The notes under the pieces were generated by a model. That model was not told the origin of the DNA, did not search any database, and worked only from the letters and a program-made list of their open reading frames with translations. A program made the position numbers and the translations under genes. A stretch of DNA of 64,000 bases, taken from NCBI GenBank assembly GCA_050246755.1, contig JBFWVL010000001.1, forward strand, positions 1,120,001 to 1,184,000, read 5' to 3'. This DNA comes from Bacteriovoracia bacterium (GTDB taxonomy: Bacteria; Bdellovibrionota; UBA1018; CAIPTA01). Below are positions 39,349 through 49,310 of this stretch, piece after piece. Each line of letters opens with the position of its first letter. Positions within the stretch are counted from its first letter, which is position 1.

Positions 39349-40707
39349 TTAACTTTTCTTAGCGAGAAACTCTTCCAAAAAGTGCGTATCGTATTGATTA
39401 TCCAAGAATTTTTTATCCTTTAGCACCTTGGAATAGAAGGCTCCGTTAGTACGGATTCCGCCGATTTTTAACTCGTCTAAAGCCCTCTGCATTTTCATCA
39501 CGCAAAGCTCACGATTCTCTTCATGCGTGATTAATTTACCAAGCAGAGAATCATAGTGAGGCACTACCGTGTACTGATCATAGATAAAGCTATCGAAGCG
39601 GACGCCGTAACCACCGGGAACGTGTAAACCTTCAATTTTTCCCGGGGATGGACGCATGGTATCTGGATCCTCGGCGTTAATTCTACACTCCATCGCGTGG
39701 CCATATATTTTCACATCCTGCTGGCGGATATCTAGTTTTTCCCCAGAAGCGATCCTTAGCTGTAATTTCACGATATCGATACCCGTTACCATTTCGGTAA
39801 CAGGATGCTCTACCTGAACTCGGGTATTCATTTCCATGAAGTAAAAACTCTTACGGTCGTCATCCAGGAGAAATTCCACGGTACCGACATTTTGGTAACC
39901 TACCTCTTTAACGAGGGCGAGGGCGGCGTCTCCCATTTTTTTGCGTGTTTCCGCATCAATAACGGGGCAAGGAGCTTCCTCGATTAGCTTTTGGTGGCGG
40001 CGCTGCACGGTGCAGTCTCTTTCCCCGAGATGGATCGCGTTACCGTGATGATCCGCGGCCACCTGAATCTCTACGTGGCGAGGATGCTGCGCGTATTTTT
40101 CCAGGTAAACTTCGGTGCTTCCGAATGCGGCTCCCGCTTCAGAACGAACGCGATCAAAGGCCGAGACCAGTTTTTCATGATCAAAGATCACCTGAATGCC
40201 ACGGCCGCCGCCGCCCGCGCTCGCCTTTAAGATCACGGGATAACCGATTTTTTTTGCTTCCTTCTCCGCTTCGGCGAGAGATTTTACGGAACCAATCGTT
40301 CCCGGCAAAAGAGGGAGTCCGGCCTTAACCGCCGTGGCGCGCGCGGAAACCTTATCTCCCAATAGGGCGATATTCTCAGGCTTGGGGCCGATAAAAGTAA
40401 TATTGCAGTCACGGCAAATGCGGGCGAATTCTGCATTTTCGGAAAGAAATCCGTAACCAGGATGAATGGCATCCGCGCCCGTAACCTCTGCGGCCGCCAG
40501 CACAAAAGGAATATTTAAATAAGAAAGCTTAGAGGCCGGCGGGCCAATGCACACTGCTTCGTCGGCGAGCTTCACGTGCAAAGAATGCTCATCGGCTTGA
40601 GAGTAAACGGCCACCGTTTCTAAGCCGAGATCCCGGCACGCGCGAATAACCCGGAGAGCGATTTCCCCTCGGTTAGCCACCAGTACTTTGCGAATTTTTC
40701 CTGGCAA
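39349..40707 (-). CDS. accC: Acetyl-CoA carboxylase, biotin carboxylase subunit
   Basis: VANRGEIA, HPGYGFLSEN, GGGGRG, RDCTVQRRHQK, EMNTRVQVEH. Confidence 0.97.
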   Translation of the reverse strand: MPGKIRKVLVANRGEIALRVIRACRDLGLETVAVYSQADEHSLHVKLADEAVCIGPPASKLSYLNIPFVLAAAEVTGADAIHPGYGFLSENAEFARICRDCNITFIGPKPENIALLGDKVSARATAVKAGLPLLPGTIGSVKSLAEAEKEAKKIGYPVILKASAGGGGRGIQVIFDHEKLVSAFDRVRSEAGAAFGSTEVYLEKYAQHPRHVEIQVAADHHGNAIHLGERDCTVQRRHQKLIEEAPCPVIDAETRKKMGDAALALVKEVGYQNVGTVEFLLDDDRKSFYFMEMNTRVQVEHPVTEMVTGIDIVKLQLRIASGEKLDIRQQDVKIYGHAMECRINAEDPDTMRPSPGKIEGLHVPGGYGVRFDSFIYDQYTVVPHYDSLLGKLITHEENRELCVMKMQRALDELKIGGIRTNGAFYSKVLKDKKFLDNQYDTHFLEEFLAKKS

Positions 40708-40710
40708 GGC

Positions 40711-41169
40711 TTACGGCTCGATCTGAAAAAGCGGTTGACCGTACTGAACGGGTTGGCCGTCTTTCACAAGCATCGATACTACTTTGCCCGGAAATTCCGC
40801 TTCGATTTCGTTCATGATCTTCATCGCTTCGATGATGCAGAGGACATCACCTTTTTTCACCCGGCCGCCAACTTCCACGTATTTAGGAGAGGTGGGGGCG
40901 GGAGAGGCATAAAAAGTTCCCACAAAAGGCGAAAGAACCTCTTTATTGCGCGACTCCACTTTCGCGGGCGTGGGCGCAATAAGAGCAGCTTCTGGTTGTT
41001 TGGCGGCCGGAGCCGCAGAGCTGGCGTAAGTAACGGTGGGCACGGGAGCCCCCGCAAAATCCTTACGGATGCGAATGCGTTCTTTATTTTTTTCCCATTC
41101 GAGTTCGGCAATTTCCGATTTCTCAACGAGCCTGATAATTTTCTCGAGCTCTTTTAACAACATTCTCAT
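40711..41169 (-). CDS. accB: Biotin carboxyl carrier protein
   Basis: [17 protein letters not shown] biotinylation motif. Confidence 0.96.
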   Translation of the reverse strand: MRMLLKELEKIIRLVEKSEIAELEWEKNKERIRIRKDFAGAPVPTVTYASSAAPAAKQPEAALIAPTPAKVESRNKEVLSPFVGTFYASPAPTSPKYVEVGGRVKKGDVLCIIEAMKIMNEIEAEFPGKVVSMLVKDGQPVQYGQPLFQIEP

Positions 41170-41726
41170 GTTACCTTTTCGATATAGGAATTATCACGGG
41201 TGTCGATTTTAATTTTATCACCCTCATTGAGGTGCATTGGTACCGTCACCACGGCCCCAGTTTCGAGAGTCGCCGGCTTACCACCTCCGGAAACAGTATC
41301 ACCCCGGATTCCGGGCTGGGTTTCGGTGATCGTCAGGGTAACAAACGTGGGAACCTCCACCGCAATCGGGCGGCCCTTATAAAAAAGCACGCCGATCTGA
41401 GCGCCTTCCTGGAAGTAGTTCTTGCGATCACCCACCTCCTTTTCGGAGAGCTGAATCTGTTCGTAATTTTTTTGGTCCATCAAATGGTAGCCGTCGTTGT
41501 CGGAGTACATGTACTGATACTGACGCTCTTCCATGTCCGGAACGCCTACTTTTTCACCGCTGCGGATATTGCGCTCGATGGAATTTTGCGTAAGCAAATT
41601 TTTCATTTTGGTGCGGGTGAAGGCCGCGCCTTTTCCCGGGGACACATGCTGGAAATCCACGATCAGATAAGGGGCGCCTTCGAACTCAATTTTCAACCCT
41701 TTGCGGAAATCGCCAGTTTCGTACAT
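41166..41726 (-). CDS. efp: Translation elongation factor P
   Basis: [31 protein letters not shown]. Confidence 0.97.
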   Translation of the reverse strand: MYETGDFRKGLKIEFEGAPYLIVDFQHVSPGKGAAFTRTKMKNLLTQNSIERNIRSGEKVGVPDMEERQYQYMYSDNDGYHLMDQKNYEQIQLSEKEVGDRKNYFQEGAQIGVLFYKGRPIAVEVPTFVTLTITETQPGIRGDTVSGGGKPATLETGAVVTVPMHLNEGDKIKIDTRDNSYIEKVT

Positions 41727-41745
41727 ATATTCTCCCTATTCGATC

Positions 41746-42642
41746 TTATGCGCCGATGCGTTTTAGCAAGCGGACTCGCGCCAACATTTGCTCCAAAGCA
41801 CTCGCTCTTTTGGCTAGGGCATCGGATGGATTGGGCTTCGGCCCGCTTGACGCTCGAAGCACTATTCCATCAGATTCCAGCACTTGCAAGGTTTCTCTAG
41901 CCCACACATTACCCTGATCTTCGGAGAGAATTTTGCGCAGCACCTTACTTGCTTTGGTCTTTAACCCTTGGCGTAAATAAAGTTCGGCAATGGTACGGGT
42001 GGCAAAAGTGGGCTCCTGCCCATCGTCAATATCCGCAGGATTATGGCTCGCCTGCATCGGCTCTAAGGGCGCCTTCGGCTGAACACGGGAAATCTCCGCT
42101 AAGGAATCGCCAAAAGAACCCACCTGAAACTCTTCTATTTTTCCCGTGGCAGGAGGTAAATCCACCGAGGCACGCGAAATTTTCGCGAGCGGAATATTCT
42201 GTTTCGCTTCGAGGTTTTCCAGCTCTTCGAGCGCGCGAACCGCTTCCACATCCTGAGGATAGAGCATCACCACCTTCGCCAAAGAACGAATGGCTGGTTT
42301 TCTCTGCCCAAGCCGTACGTAAATCTCCGCCTGTAGCTTATGCGCCTTCAAATTTTCCGGATTTTGCGCAATCGCCGCCCGTACCACCTCGAGCGCTTCC
42401 GCATAGCGGCGAAGGTCGAACAGGCAGCGCCCGCGCACCAAAATTGCGCTAGCTAGATTCGGGTGAAAAGCCAAACCTTCTTCTAAAATTTCCAGGGCTT
42501 GGGCGCAAAGCCCTTCCGCGCGATAGGCCTCGGCAAGGGAAACGAATACGAGCGAACGAGGGTTCTTCTGGAACTCCTTGAGTTGCTGCACCAAGGGCAG
42601 ATTACGCGCTAAGCCGGGGCGATAGCTGTGCTTTTCGTTCAT
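41746..42642 (-). CDS. TPR protein
   Basis: PRSLVFVSLAEAYR TPRs and C-terminal TRTIAELYLRQG motif; between pilQ and efp. Confidence 0.8.
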   Translation of the reverse strand: MNEKHSYRPGLARNLPLVQQLKEFQKNPRSLVFVSLAEAYRAEGLCAQALEILEEGLAFHPNLASAILVRGRCLFDLRRYAEALEVVRAAIAQNPENLKAHKLQAEIYVRLGQRKPAIRSLAKVVMLYPQDVEAVRALEELENLEAKQNIPLAKISRASVDLPPATGKIEEFQVGSFGDSLAEISRVQPKAPLEPMQASHNPADIDDGQEPTFATRTIAELYLRQGLKTKASKVLRKILSEDQGNVWARETLQVLESDGIVLRASSGPKPNPSDALAKRASALEQMLARVRLLKRIGA

Positions 42643-42689
42643 TCCTTGCTTATAACCTGCCGCGTAACCTAAGGCAAAATAGTCAGAAA

Positions 42690-44630
42690 CTATTGAGCTA
42701 TAGGCTCCGCATAGCCCGAAGGAGCGATAATTTGGGGGGTTATGAACACCATTAGCTCATTTTTAGCGCTTTGGTCGGTATTCGTGCGGAAAATTTGCCC
42801 AATGAACGGCAGGTCCTTTAGCACGGGAATTCCCCCCTCAGTTTTGCCGCCGGAGAATTGGTAAACTCCCCCTAGCACTAGGGTAGCGCCATTTTCTACC
42901 AGTACCTCCGTATTGATAGACTTGGTTTCGGTATTCACCCCGGCTGCCGAAGCATTACCCACGATAGAGTCCTTTTTTAAATCGACGGTGAGCAGGATGG
43001 AACCCGAGCTCGTTACCTGTGGGGTAACCGACATATCCAGATTCGCCGTTACGGGAAGAATGGTTCCCGATCCGTTAGCGCCGGCCGAAGTGGGCACGTA
43101 AACCGTCTGACCATCGGAGATCTTGGCGGCCACCTTATTGTTCACGATGATCCGCGGCGAGGCCACGGTCTTGCTAATTTCGTTCGTCTCGGCCAACTTA
43201 AGGGCCGCGGCGAGGTTTCCGTGCTTTCCGGCACCCAACTGAAAGCCAATTCCGATTCCGCTGGTGGGCCCGCTAATAGCGTACGCGGGATTCCCATTCT
43301 CGGTTTCGGCAGCCCCTAGCGAAGTAGATCCACCATTGAATCCAGTTCCAATCCCTGCTCGGCCACTGCCCTGACTCGTGAGTCTTCCCGACCAGTCAAT
43401 GCCCACGTTCTTGCTAAAGCCTTCGCGCGCGATCACCACTTTTGCGTCGATCAATACTTGGGGTAGGGGAACGTCGAGCTCTTTCACTAAACGACGAATC
43501 CGCTCAATGGCATCTTTAGTATTGGTAACGATGAGCGAGTTAGAACGGGTGTCTACCTCAATATGCCCACGCACGAAGTCTTGCACAATTTTCGTCATCG
43601 GCCCGGTGGTCTCACTCCCGGGAGTGGATCCAGGGTTAGCGGCCGCTTTGCTGGCCGCAACGGCGGCCGCGGCTTTGGCTGAAGCTTCGGGTGTATTATT
43701 GGTATTCTGATCCTTCTTTACGAGCAAGGAATCGATCATTTTCGACATTTCCTCGGCCTTCGCAAAGCTAAGAGGAATAACGGCCATGATCACAGGCTCG
43801 AGCTCATCCCCGATGGCGATCTGCTTCAGCTTATCTTCCTGGTCCTTATTATATTTACCCATCGGAATGATCCGGATCACGTTCCCACTGATGATTGCTT
43901 TTAGCGCGGCCTGCTGAATCACGATGTCGAGCAATTGATCCCAAGGAATATCCTTGAGGGAATAGTTCGATTTCGCATTCACGTCGGTGTCAGTGATGAT
44001 ATTGAGTCCGGAGCTCTCGCCCACGAGACGGAAAACGTCGTGCACGTCGGCATTATTGGCCTCGAATGTTACGCGCGAGCCGAAATAAACTTTTTCGGCG
44101 GGCGGGGCATTCAGCACTTCCACCAATTTTTTTGCCACCTCGTCGCCCTTGTCGGAAGCGGATGCACGCAGCTTAAGCTCATCTCTGCGGTCGGAAATGA
44201 CAGGTCCATTCCCCCCCAAGCTGCTCTTGCGACGGATTTCCAGCACGAATCTACCGGGAGTCTCACTCGCCTTCGCGTCCGCAAGCTGGCGAAGCTGAAG
44301 CACAAACTTCGAGATTTGCTTACGGCCGTCGCCCGAGTTGTAGGGGGTTATTTGCTTTACCGGGCCTTCCTTTACGGAAGCGTCAATCGAACGTGTGAGC
44401 GCGGCGGGTAAAGTAAGATTTTCCGCTTCGAGAATCACATTTCCTTTTTGATCGCTCTGGAAAAGGCGGAACGCTGCCTCCCCGGTATAGGAGATCACCA
44501 GAAGACTAAGTTCTTTACCAGCGGTAAAATCTACCTTCTTGATTTGCCCGGTGGCGGCGAAGACGTTGTTAGGCAGGAGGCAGAGGACTAGAAATCCCCA
44601 GCACGCTTTTTTTATCATATTTTTTTTCAT
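42690..44630 (-). CDS. pilQ: Type IV pilus secretin
   Basis: AMIN-like N-terminus, IPWDQLLD, DTRSNSLIV, QVLIDAKVV, VTPQVT, GIPVLKDLPFIGQIF, ITPQI. Confidence 0.93.
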   Translation of the reverse strand: MKKNMIKKACWGFLVLCLLPNNVFAATGQIKKVDFTAGKELSLLVISYTGEAAFRLFQSDQKGNVILEAENLTLPAALTRSIDASVKEGPVKQITPYNSGDGRKQISKFVLQLRQLADAKASETPGRFVLEIRRKSSLGGNGPVISDRRDELKLRASASDKGDEVAKKLVEVLNAPPAEKVYFGSRVTFEANNADVHDVFRLVGESSGLNIITDTDVNAKSNYSLKDIPWDQLLDIVIQQAALKAIISGNVIRIIPMGKYNKDQEDKLKQIAIGDELEPVIMAVIPLSFAKAEEMSKMIDSLLVKKDQNTNNTPEASAKAAAAVAASKAAANPGSTPGSETTGPMTKIVQDFVRGHIEVDTRSNSLIVTNTKDAIERIRRLVKELDVPLPQVLIDAKVVIAREGFSKNVGIDWSGRLTSQGSGRAGIGTGFNGGSTSLGAAETENGNPAYAISGPTSGIGIGFQLGAGKHGNLAAALKLAETNEISKTVASPRIIVNNKVAAKISDGQTVYVPTSAGANGSGTILPVTANLDMSVTPQVTSSGSILLTVDLKKDSIVGNASAAGVNTETKSINTEVLVENGATLVLGGVYQFSGGKTEGGIPVLKDLPFIGQIFRTNTDQSAKNELMVFITPQIIAPSGYAEPIAQ

Positions 44631-44658
44631 AGATTATCCTCCTGATAACGGCTCGCCA

Positions 44659-45129
44659 CTATTTGGCCCCTTCCCCAACGGAAAGCTTAACTTCTGTTTT
44701 ATCGATAAACCCAAGGGGCGAACGCTGGTTCTGCATGACTGTTAATCCGTCCTTAGCGATCTTAGACACTATACCGCTCTTGTTTCCCAGCTTGTCGCGC
44801 TCTTTGATAATCACCACTTTTCCACCTTCGCTGGTAGGCAAGCGCAACAGTGCGCGCGGATACTGCTCCCCCAACAAAACCGCCACTACGGCGTAGGCAT
44901 TTACCGGATAGCGCTCTAGCACGGGAGCCGAAAGCGAGGAGCCATCGGCCTTAGGAACCTCAAAAGGAGGCGGTGCCTCAATGAAGGGATCCTTGCGAAA
45001 AGCCACTCCTGGCACCGTGGATAGCTCCTGTAAAAAATCCTCGATAGAAATTTCTTTTTCGGCCGCCCGTGCGGAACCAGTACAAAAAAGCAAAGGCAGC
45101 ACAACGGCCGCGGCAAAGAATATTCTCAT
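44659..45129 (-). CDS. pilP: Type IV pilus assembly protein PilP
   Basis: RKDPF..P.LERY motif; position in the pilMNOPQ operon. Confidence 0.8.
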   Translation of the reverse strand: MRIFFAAAVVLPLLFCTGSARAAEKEISIEDFLQELSTVPGVAFRKDPFIEAPPPFEVPKADGSSLSAPVLERYPVNAYAVVAVLLGEQYPRALLRLPTSEGGKVVIIKERDKLGNKSGIVSKIAKDGLTVMQNQRSPLGFIDKTEVKLSVGEGAK

Positions 45130-45803
45130 CGCCCGCCCCTCTTCTTTGGGATGGCAGGAGGTGCAGCGCTGGGAGTCCGGTAACGATAAGTAAGCACCCT
45201 GAGGCTACCGCGGATTCCAGGGTAAGCGGCTCGGCCGCCGGTAAGGCGAGAATTCGCGAATGCGCCTTCCTCTCCTCCCAAAGTCACTAAGGGCCGGGAG
45301 GTATCTTTTTCTATCGAGAGTAAATCTAAGGTGAGCAGCCGCTTCATGTGAGCAAGCCGGTCTACAAAAATGAAAAACTGTAAAAACGTGCCCTTCGCTT
45401 CGATATTAAATCCAAGCGAATTGTACAGCTCTTGGGTGACCTCTTTTTCATCGGAACGAATCATCGTTACTTCGATCTCCAACTGCTTGGCTTCTTTCAG
45501 CAAATCGGAAAGAAGGTCTGGAAGAAAAAATTGCCTGGGCAAGGCTCCTTGCTGCCGCTGCACTTCCCCCGTTAAATCGGAAAACTTTTTCTTTTTGGCT
45601 TCAAATTGATGCTCAAATTCTTTGGCTTCTTTGACTTTTTTCTCGAGATTCGCAATCTCAACTCCCGCGAAACTCACACCCTGCTCACGGGTCTCGATCT
45701 CGGAAGAGTCCTGCGTGAAATAGAAAAAGAGCGCCGCCGCGGCGATCGCGAGCGCCACGTGACTCCATTGAAGCTTTTCTAAGAGCGCCTTAAACCGATC
45801 CAT
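45126..45803 (-). CDS. pilO: Type IV pilus assembly protein PilO
   Basis: TM + coiled coil + LP..LLSDL..GTF..F..RLL; operon position. Confidence 0.82.
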   Translation of the reverse strand: MDRFKALLEKLQWSHVALAIAAAALFFYFTQDSSEIETREQGVSFAGVEIANLEKKVKEAKEFEHQFEAKKKKFSDLTGEVQRQQGALPRQFFLPDLLSDLLKEAKQLEIEVTMIRSDEKEVTQELYNSLGFNIEAKGTFLQFFIFVDRLAHMKRLLTLDLLSIEKDTSRPLVTLGGEEGAFANSRLTGGRAAYPGIRGSLRVLTYRYRTPSAAPPAIPKKRGGR

Positions 45804-46459
45804 CAGGATTCTTCCGCTCCCTTCACCGAAAACTCTAGATCGAAACTCTTGATTCTCTGAAGTTGCTCCGCCACTCCGGGAACCTTTACCTTTGCCGGCT
45901 CAGTTTGAATCCCGCGAAAAATCACGTCTTTGAATTGCGCCATCTCAGTAATCGATTTTACGAAATCGTTGATCGGGAAATACTCCCAGCAAGAACCGCC
46001 GATCCGCATTTGGCGGCGATTGAAAGTAATGCTGTTTATCCAAACTTTTCCGGGAAGCAGAGAAACAATGCTATCCAGCGTGCGGAAAGCCAGGCCACGG
46101 TCTTTCTGGAGAGCCGCAATCGCGTTTAATTGCCGGTTAAGCTCGGATTCACCCTTATTCAGCTCCTCCATCTGCCGGCGCAAATCTTTTTTCGCGGCGA
46201 GTTCTTTCCCCAAAACTTCCGACTTCGCATTGAGCACGGCGAGCTGGGAGTCAAGGGCCTTAACCCTCTCTTCGTGCAAATAGGTGGGAATATAATTCGC
46301 GAGATACACCCCAACCAACAAAATCGCCAGCCGCACCAAATGCGGCCGCATTTCCTGGAGATCGTTCGGAGTAACACCAAGCTTAGCGAGCTTTTCGTCG
46401 AGCCCAAATGGGACTTTCTGGGCTGATTTCTTTTTACCGAGAAGGTTAATTTTAATCAT
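45803..46459 (-). CDS. pilN: Type IV pilus assembly protein PilN
   Basis: MIKINLL N-terminus, TM, LPGKVWI. Confidence 0.85.
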   Translation of the reverse strand: MIKINLLGKKKSAQKVPFGLDEKLAKLGVTPNDLQEMRPHLVRLAILLVGVYLANYIPTYLHEERVKALDSQLAVLNAKSEVLGKELAAKKDLRRQMEELNKGESELNRQLNAIAALQKDRGLAFRTLDSIVSLLPGKVWINSITFNRRQMRIGGSCWEYFPINDFVKSITEMAQFKDVIFRGIQTEPAKVKVPGVAEQLQRIKSFDLEFSVKGAEES

Positions 46460-46466
46460 CGTCTGC

Positions 46467-47519
46467 CTACTTCTCGTTCCGCAGGGCAATACCGAGCGGC
46501 ACTACCGCGCTCGAGCTGATTGCTGTGAGGAACTCCTCGTTAAATTGCCGTCCAGAGCAAGCCACCTTAGTAAAGGGGTTTATATACTCAATGGGGAGGC
46601 CAAGAATTTCGGAAAGCATGTTCGAAAAACCAGGAATTCGGCTCGCGCCGCCGCAGAGAAACACGGAGGTTACGGGAATCTGGATCGGCGAAGCGGCATA
46701 GAAATCCAAGCTGCGCCGGATTTCCAAAGAAATATTCTCTGAAATAGCATTCACCAGGGGCAGCACTTCTTCGGGTATTTGACCGGTGGTGCAGGCGTCG
46801 ATTTTCAGGACTTCGGCTTCCTGAAAAGAAATGCCGAGTTTGTTCTGAATTTCCTGCGTGAGATTTTTTCCGCCCACGGCCACGTCGCGCGTGAAGAGCG
46901 TGGTCGAATTACTCACGATATTAATTTTCGTAAGGCTGGCCCCAATATCCACGAGAATCACCGCGTTGTCCGGCGTCATATCGTAGTTCTGCCAAAAAAT
47001 ATTCGCGAGCGCGATCACGTCCACGTCGAGCACGTCAGGCACCAGGCCCGCTTCTTTAACGGTAGCCAGTCTTTTCTCAATGAAATCTTTTTTAGCAGCC
47101 ACCAGCAAAACATCCATTTTGCCTTCGCCGTTGTCTTCGCTCACCACTTCGAAATCGAGGCTAATTTCCTTCATGTCGAAGGGAATATATTGCTCGGCTT
47201 CCCAGTAAACTTGGTCTTCAAGCTCGCGGGGATTGGTCTTGGGGATCGCAATATGCTTAATGATCACCGACGAGCCGGCTACCGAAGTAGCCACTAAATC
47301 TGTGCGCACGCCGGCTTCCTTAACCAAGGATTTAATGGCTTCCACTACCGCGGCATGATTTACGATCTCGCCATCCACGATAGTATCTTCGGGCAAAGCG
47401 ATGCTGGAGAAGCTGCGAACCACCCAACCGGTGCGCTTCTTTTCGGCTTCTACAAGTTTTATTGCGCTCGACCCAATGTCGATGGCGAAAATGGGCTTCG
47501 AGCCCAATCCAAACAGCAT
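46467..47519 (-). CDS. pilM: Type IV pilus assembly protein PilM
   Basis: Actin-like fold: IDIGSSAIK, EAEQYIPF, VDIGAS, RRSLDFY, LCGGAS. Confidence 0.95.
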   Translation of the reverse strand: MLFGLGSKPIFAIDIGSSAIKLVEAEKKRTGWVVRSFSSIALPEDTIVDGEIVNHAAVVEAIKSLVKEAGVRTDLVATSVAGSSVIIKHIAIPKTNPRELEDQVYWEAEQYIPFDMKEISLDFEVVSEDNGEGKMDVLLVAAKKDFIEKRLATVKEAGLVPDVLDVDVIALANIFWQNYDMTPDNAVILVDIGASLTKINIVSNSTTLFTRDVAVGGKNLTQEIQNKLGISFQEAEVLKIDACTTGQIPEEVLPLVNAISENISLEIRRSLDFYAASPIQIPVTSVFLCGGASRIPGFSNMLSEILGLPIEYINPFTKVACSGRQFNEEFLTAISSSAVVPLGIALRNEK

Positions 47520-47577
47520 GGTTCCCCTCCATAGGGACCTAATCAAAAATCCTTTTTCCGCGAGCTAACTTACCTTA

Positions 47578-47605
47578 ATTGTAGCTGTGCGTCGGGCCAC
47601 GTCAA
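47578..47605 (-). promoter_or_regulatory. Putative sigma70 promoter of pilMNOPQ
   Basis: Minus strand TTGACG-16-TACAAT, about 60 nt upstream of pilM. Confidence 0.55.
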
Positions 47606-47742
47606 GGGAAGGCCGTGTAAACCACGCTTATACTTCAATAAAATCAGTATATTTCTTTGCGCTCCGTTTCATCGAATTAGGAGCAGACGTGCGAAAAATT
47701 TTCGCGCGGAATGAAAAATGGAAACGGAAACAGGTAAAAGGC

Positions 47743-48579
47743 CTAGAAGCTGTCGGAGTCGTCTTCGAATTCACCGCGGCCACCACCAGTGCGCACGCCT
47801 TCTACTGCGCCCTCGAGCTCTTCGTCACCGCCAGCATCGTCGTCTACGGAATCCAGTTCAAGATCTACTACTACCTTCGACCAGTCTTTTTCTGAAGCCA
47901 GATCTTGGCGAATCACATCGAGATATTTATCGGGATATTTGCTTACTAATTCTTCTACGTAGTTATTGAGCTGTCCGCTGGCAAGGATCGCTTCTTTGCG
48001 CTTAATTTTGCGCCAGTTCTTGATGTAATGCATACGGCAGAAGCCCGTAAGGATAAAATCGTGCTCGCAACCCGGCTCGCGGCAGCGGCGCTTGGCGGCA
48101 GCCAGGCTTTCGGCGGACTTTTTCTGCTTCTTACTTTCGCGGCCGAGCAGAGCTACCCCTTTGGGAGCGGGTACTTCCAGAATCACTTCGGCTTTCCCTT
48201 TGGCGCCTTTAGCGGCAGTGGGCACAGCCGACTTGCCGGCGATAGCCTTGGTTTTTTCGGAGGTAGCCGATACCGCCGCAGATTTCTTATCTTTCGCAAC
48301 CGGAACAGATTTCTTAGCGGCTGCAGCTGGCGCCACCTTCCCTTTAACCGAAGTAGGGGCCGCTTTTTTATCGGCCGCCTTGGCTTTCGCGGGGGCTGTT
48401 TTCGCCGTCACGGCCTTTTTCGCGGGAACTGGCTTCTTGGCGATAGCCGAAGTAACTTTTTTGGCCACTACCTTAGCGGCTTTTTTCAAAACCGAGGCCA
48501 CGGCTGGCGTGCTTTTGTGCGCCTTGGCAGATTTTGTGGGTTTTGCAGATTTTGCCTTTTTCGTATTTTTCTGGGGCAT
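47743..48579 (-). CDS. Lys/Ala-rich (histone H1-like) protein with Cys/His zinc-finger-like domain and acidic tail
   Basis: About 160 aa of K/A/P-rich sequence, then CREPGC..FCRMHY, helical domain and D/E-rich C-terminus. Confidence 0.75.
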   Translation of the reverse strand: MPQKNTKKAKSAKPTKSAKAHKSTPAVASVLKKAAKVVAKKVTSAIAKKPVPAKKAVTAKTAPAKAKAADKKAAPTSVKGKVAPAAAAKKSVPVAKDKKSAAVSATSEKTKAIAGKSAVPTAAKGAKGKAEVILEVPAPKGVALLGRESKKQKKSAESLAAAKRRCREPGCEHDFILTGFCRMHYIKNWRKIKRKEAILASGQLNNYVEELVSKYPDKYLDVIRQDLASEKDWSKVVVDLELDSVDDDAGGDEELEGAVEGVRTGGGRGEFEDDSDSF

Positions 48580-48673
48580 TGATCTCTCTTAACGGAAGTC
48601 GCGCGCCGAGGCAAGCTAGCAAGCCAAGGGAACCACCAGAAGCCGCTTATTTTCGCAAGTTTGCGCTAGAAGC

Positions 48674-49015
48674 TCAGGCTTCGCACATGGCGGCGCTAAG
48701 GGTGGTTACCGTACAGCGCCAAAGCTTGCCTTCAGGTGGATAGGGATGATCAGTATTGTCTAAACGTTTGCGACCCCCTGCATGGTGATAAAGCCGGCAA
48801 TGCATTTCAAAAGCTTCTTTTTCCCAAGGAACCTGCACCCATTGAAAATGCGTATATCCCTTGGTGAGCTGTTCCCCCAAACGGAGGCGAAGATCATCAT
48901 CGGCACGGCCAACATAGGCTATATTCGAGCCTCCACGAGAAAGCTGAAATATGCCGAGAATGCCTTCCGGCACGCGGTTTACGTTTTCTTGGGTAAAATC
49001 TGTCCATGGACTCAT
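48674..49015 (-). CDS. Small GIY-YIG-like protein
   Basis: GIFQL..IAYVGRA..LRLRL..EAFEMH resembles GIY-YIG motifs. Confidence 0.55.
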   Translation of the reverse strand: MSPWTDFTQENVNRVPEGILGIFQLSRGGSNIAYVGRADDDLRLRLGEQLTKGYTHFQWVQVPWEKEAFEMHCRLYHHAGGRKRLDNTDHPYPPEGKLWRCTVTTLSAAMCEA

Positions 49016-49310
49016 GCCCCTAATTTATACAGAAATCATTAGGGATTCCAAGCACATTAGGGGGAGTTTTGCTCCCTGCCACGCTACACACAGCGCAAAA
49101 ACGATGATGCCGCCTAGCCTCGGTAAAGAGCTTCCGCTTGCCGCGCTCCTTACCGAGTGTTATTCCTGATATATAGGTTGCTGCTTTGGATGTGCGACCT
49201 TACCTCTCCTCGATGGGAAATTAGGTCTCGAGAAGGGAGGTAAATAGCGGGCGCTGGGCGCCTGCACCAATAGAAAATGTACCGACGAAATAGGGCTCCC
49301 CGCCCTTATT

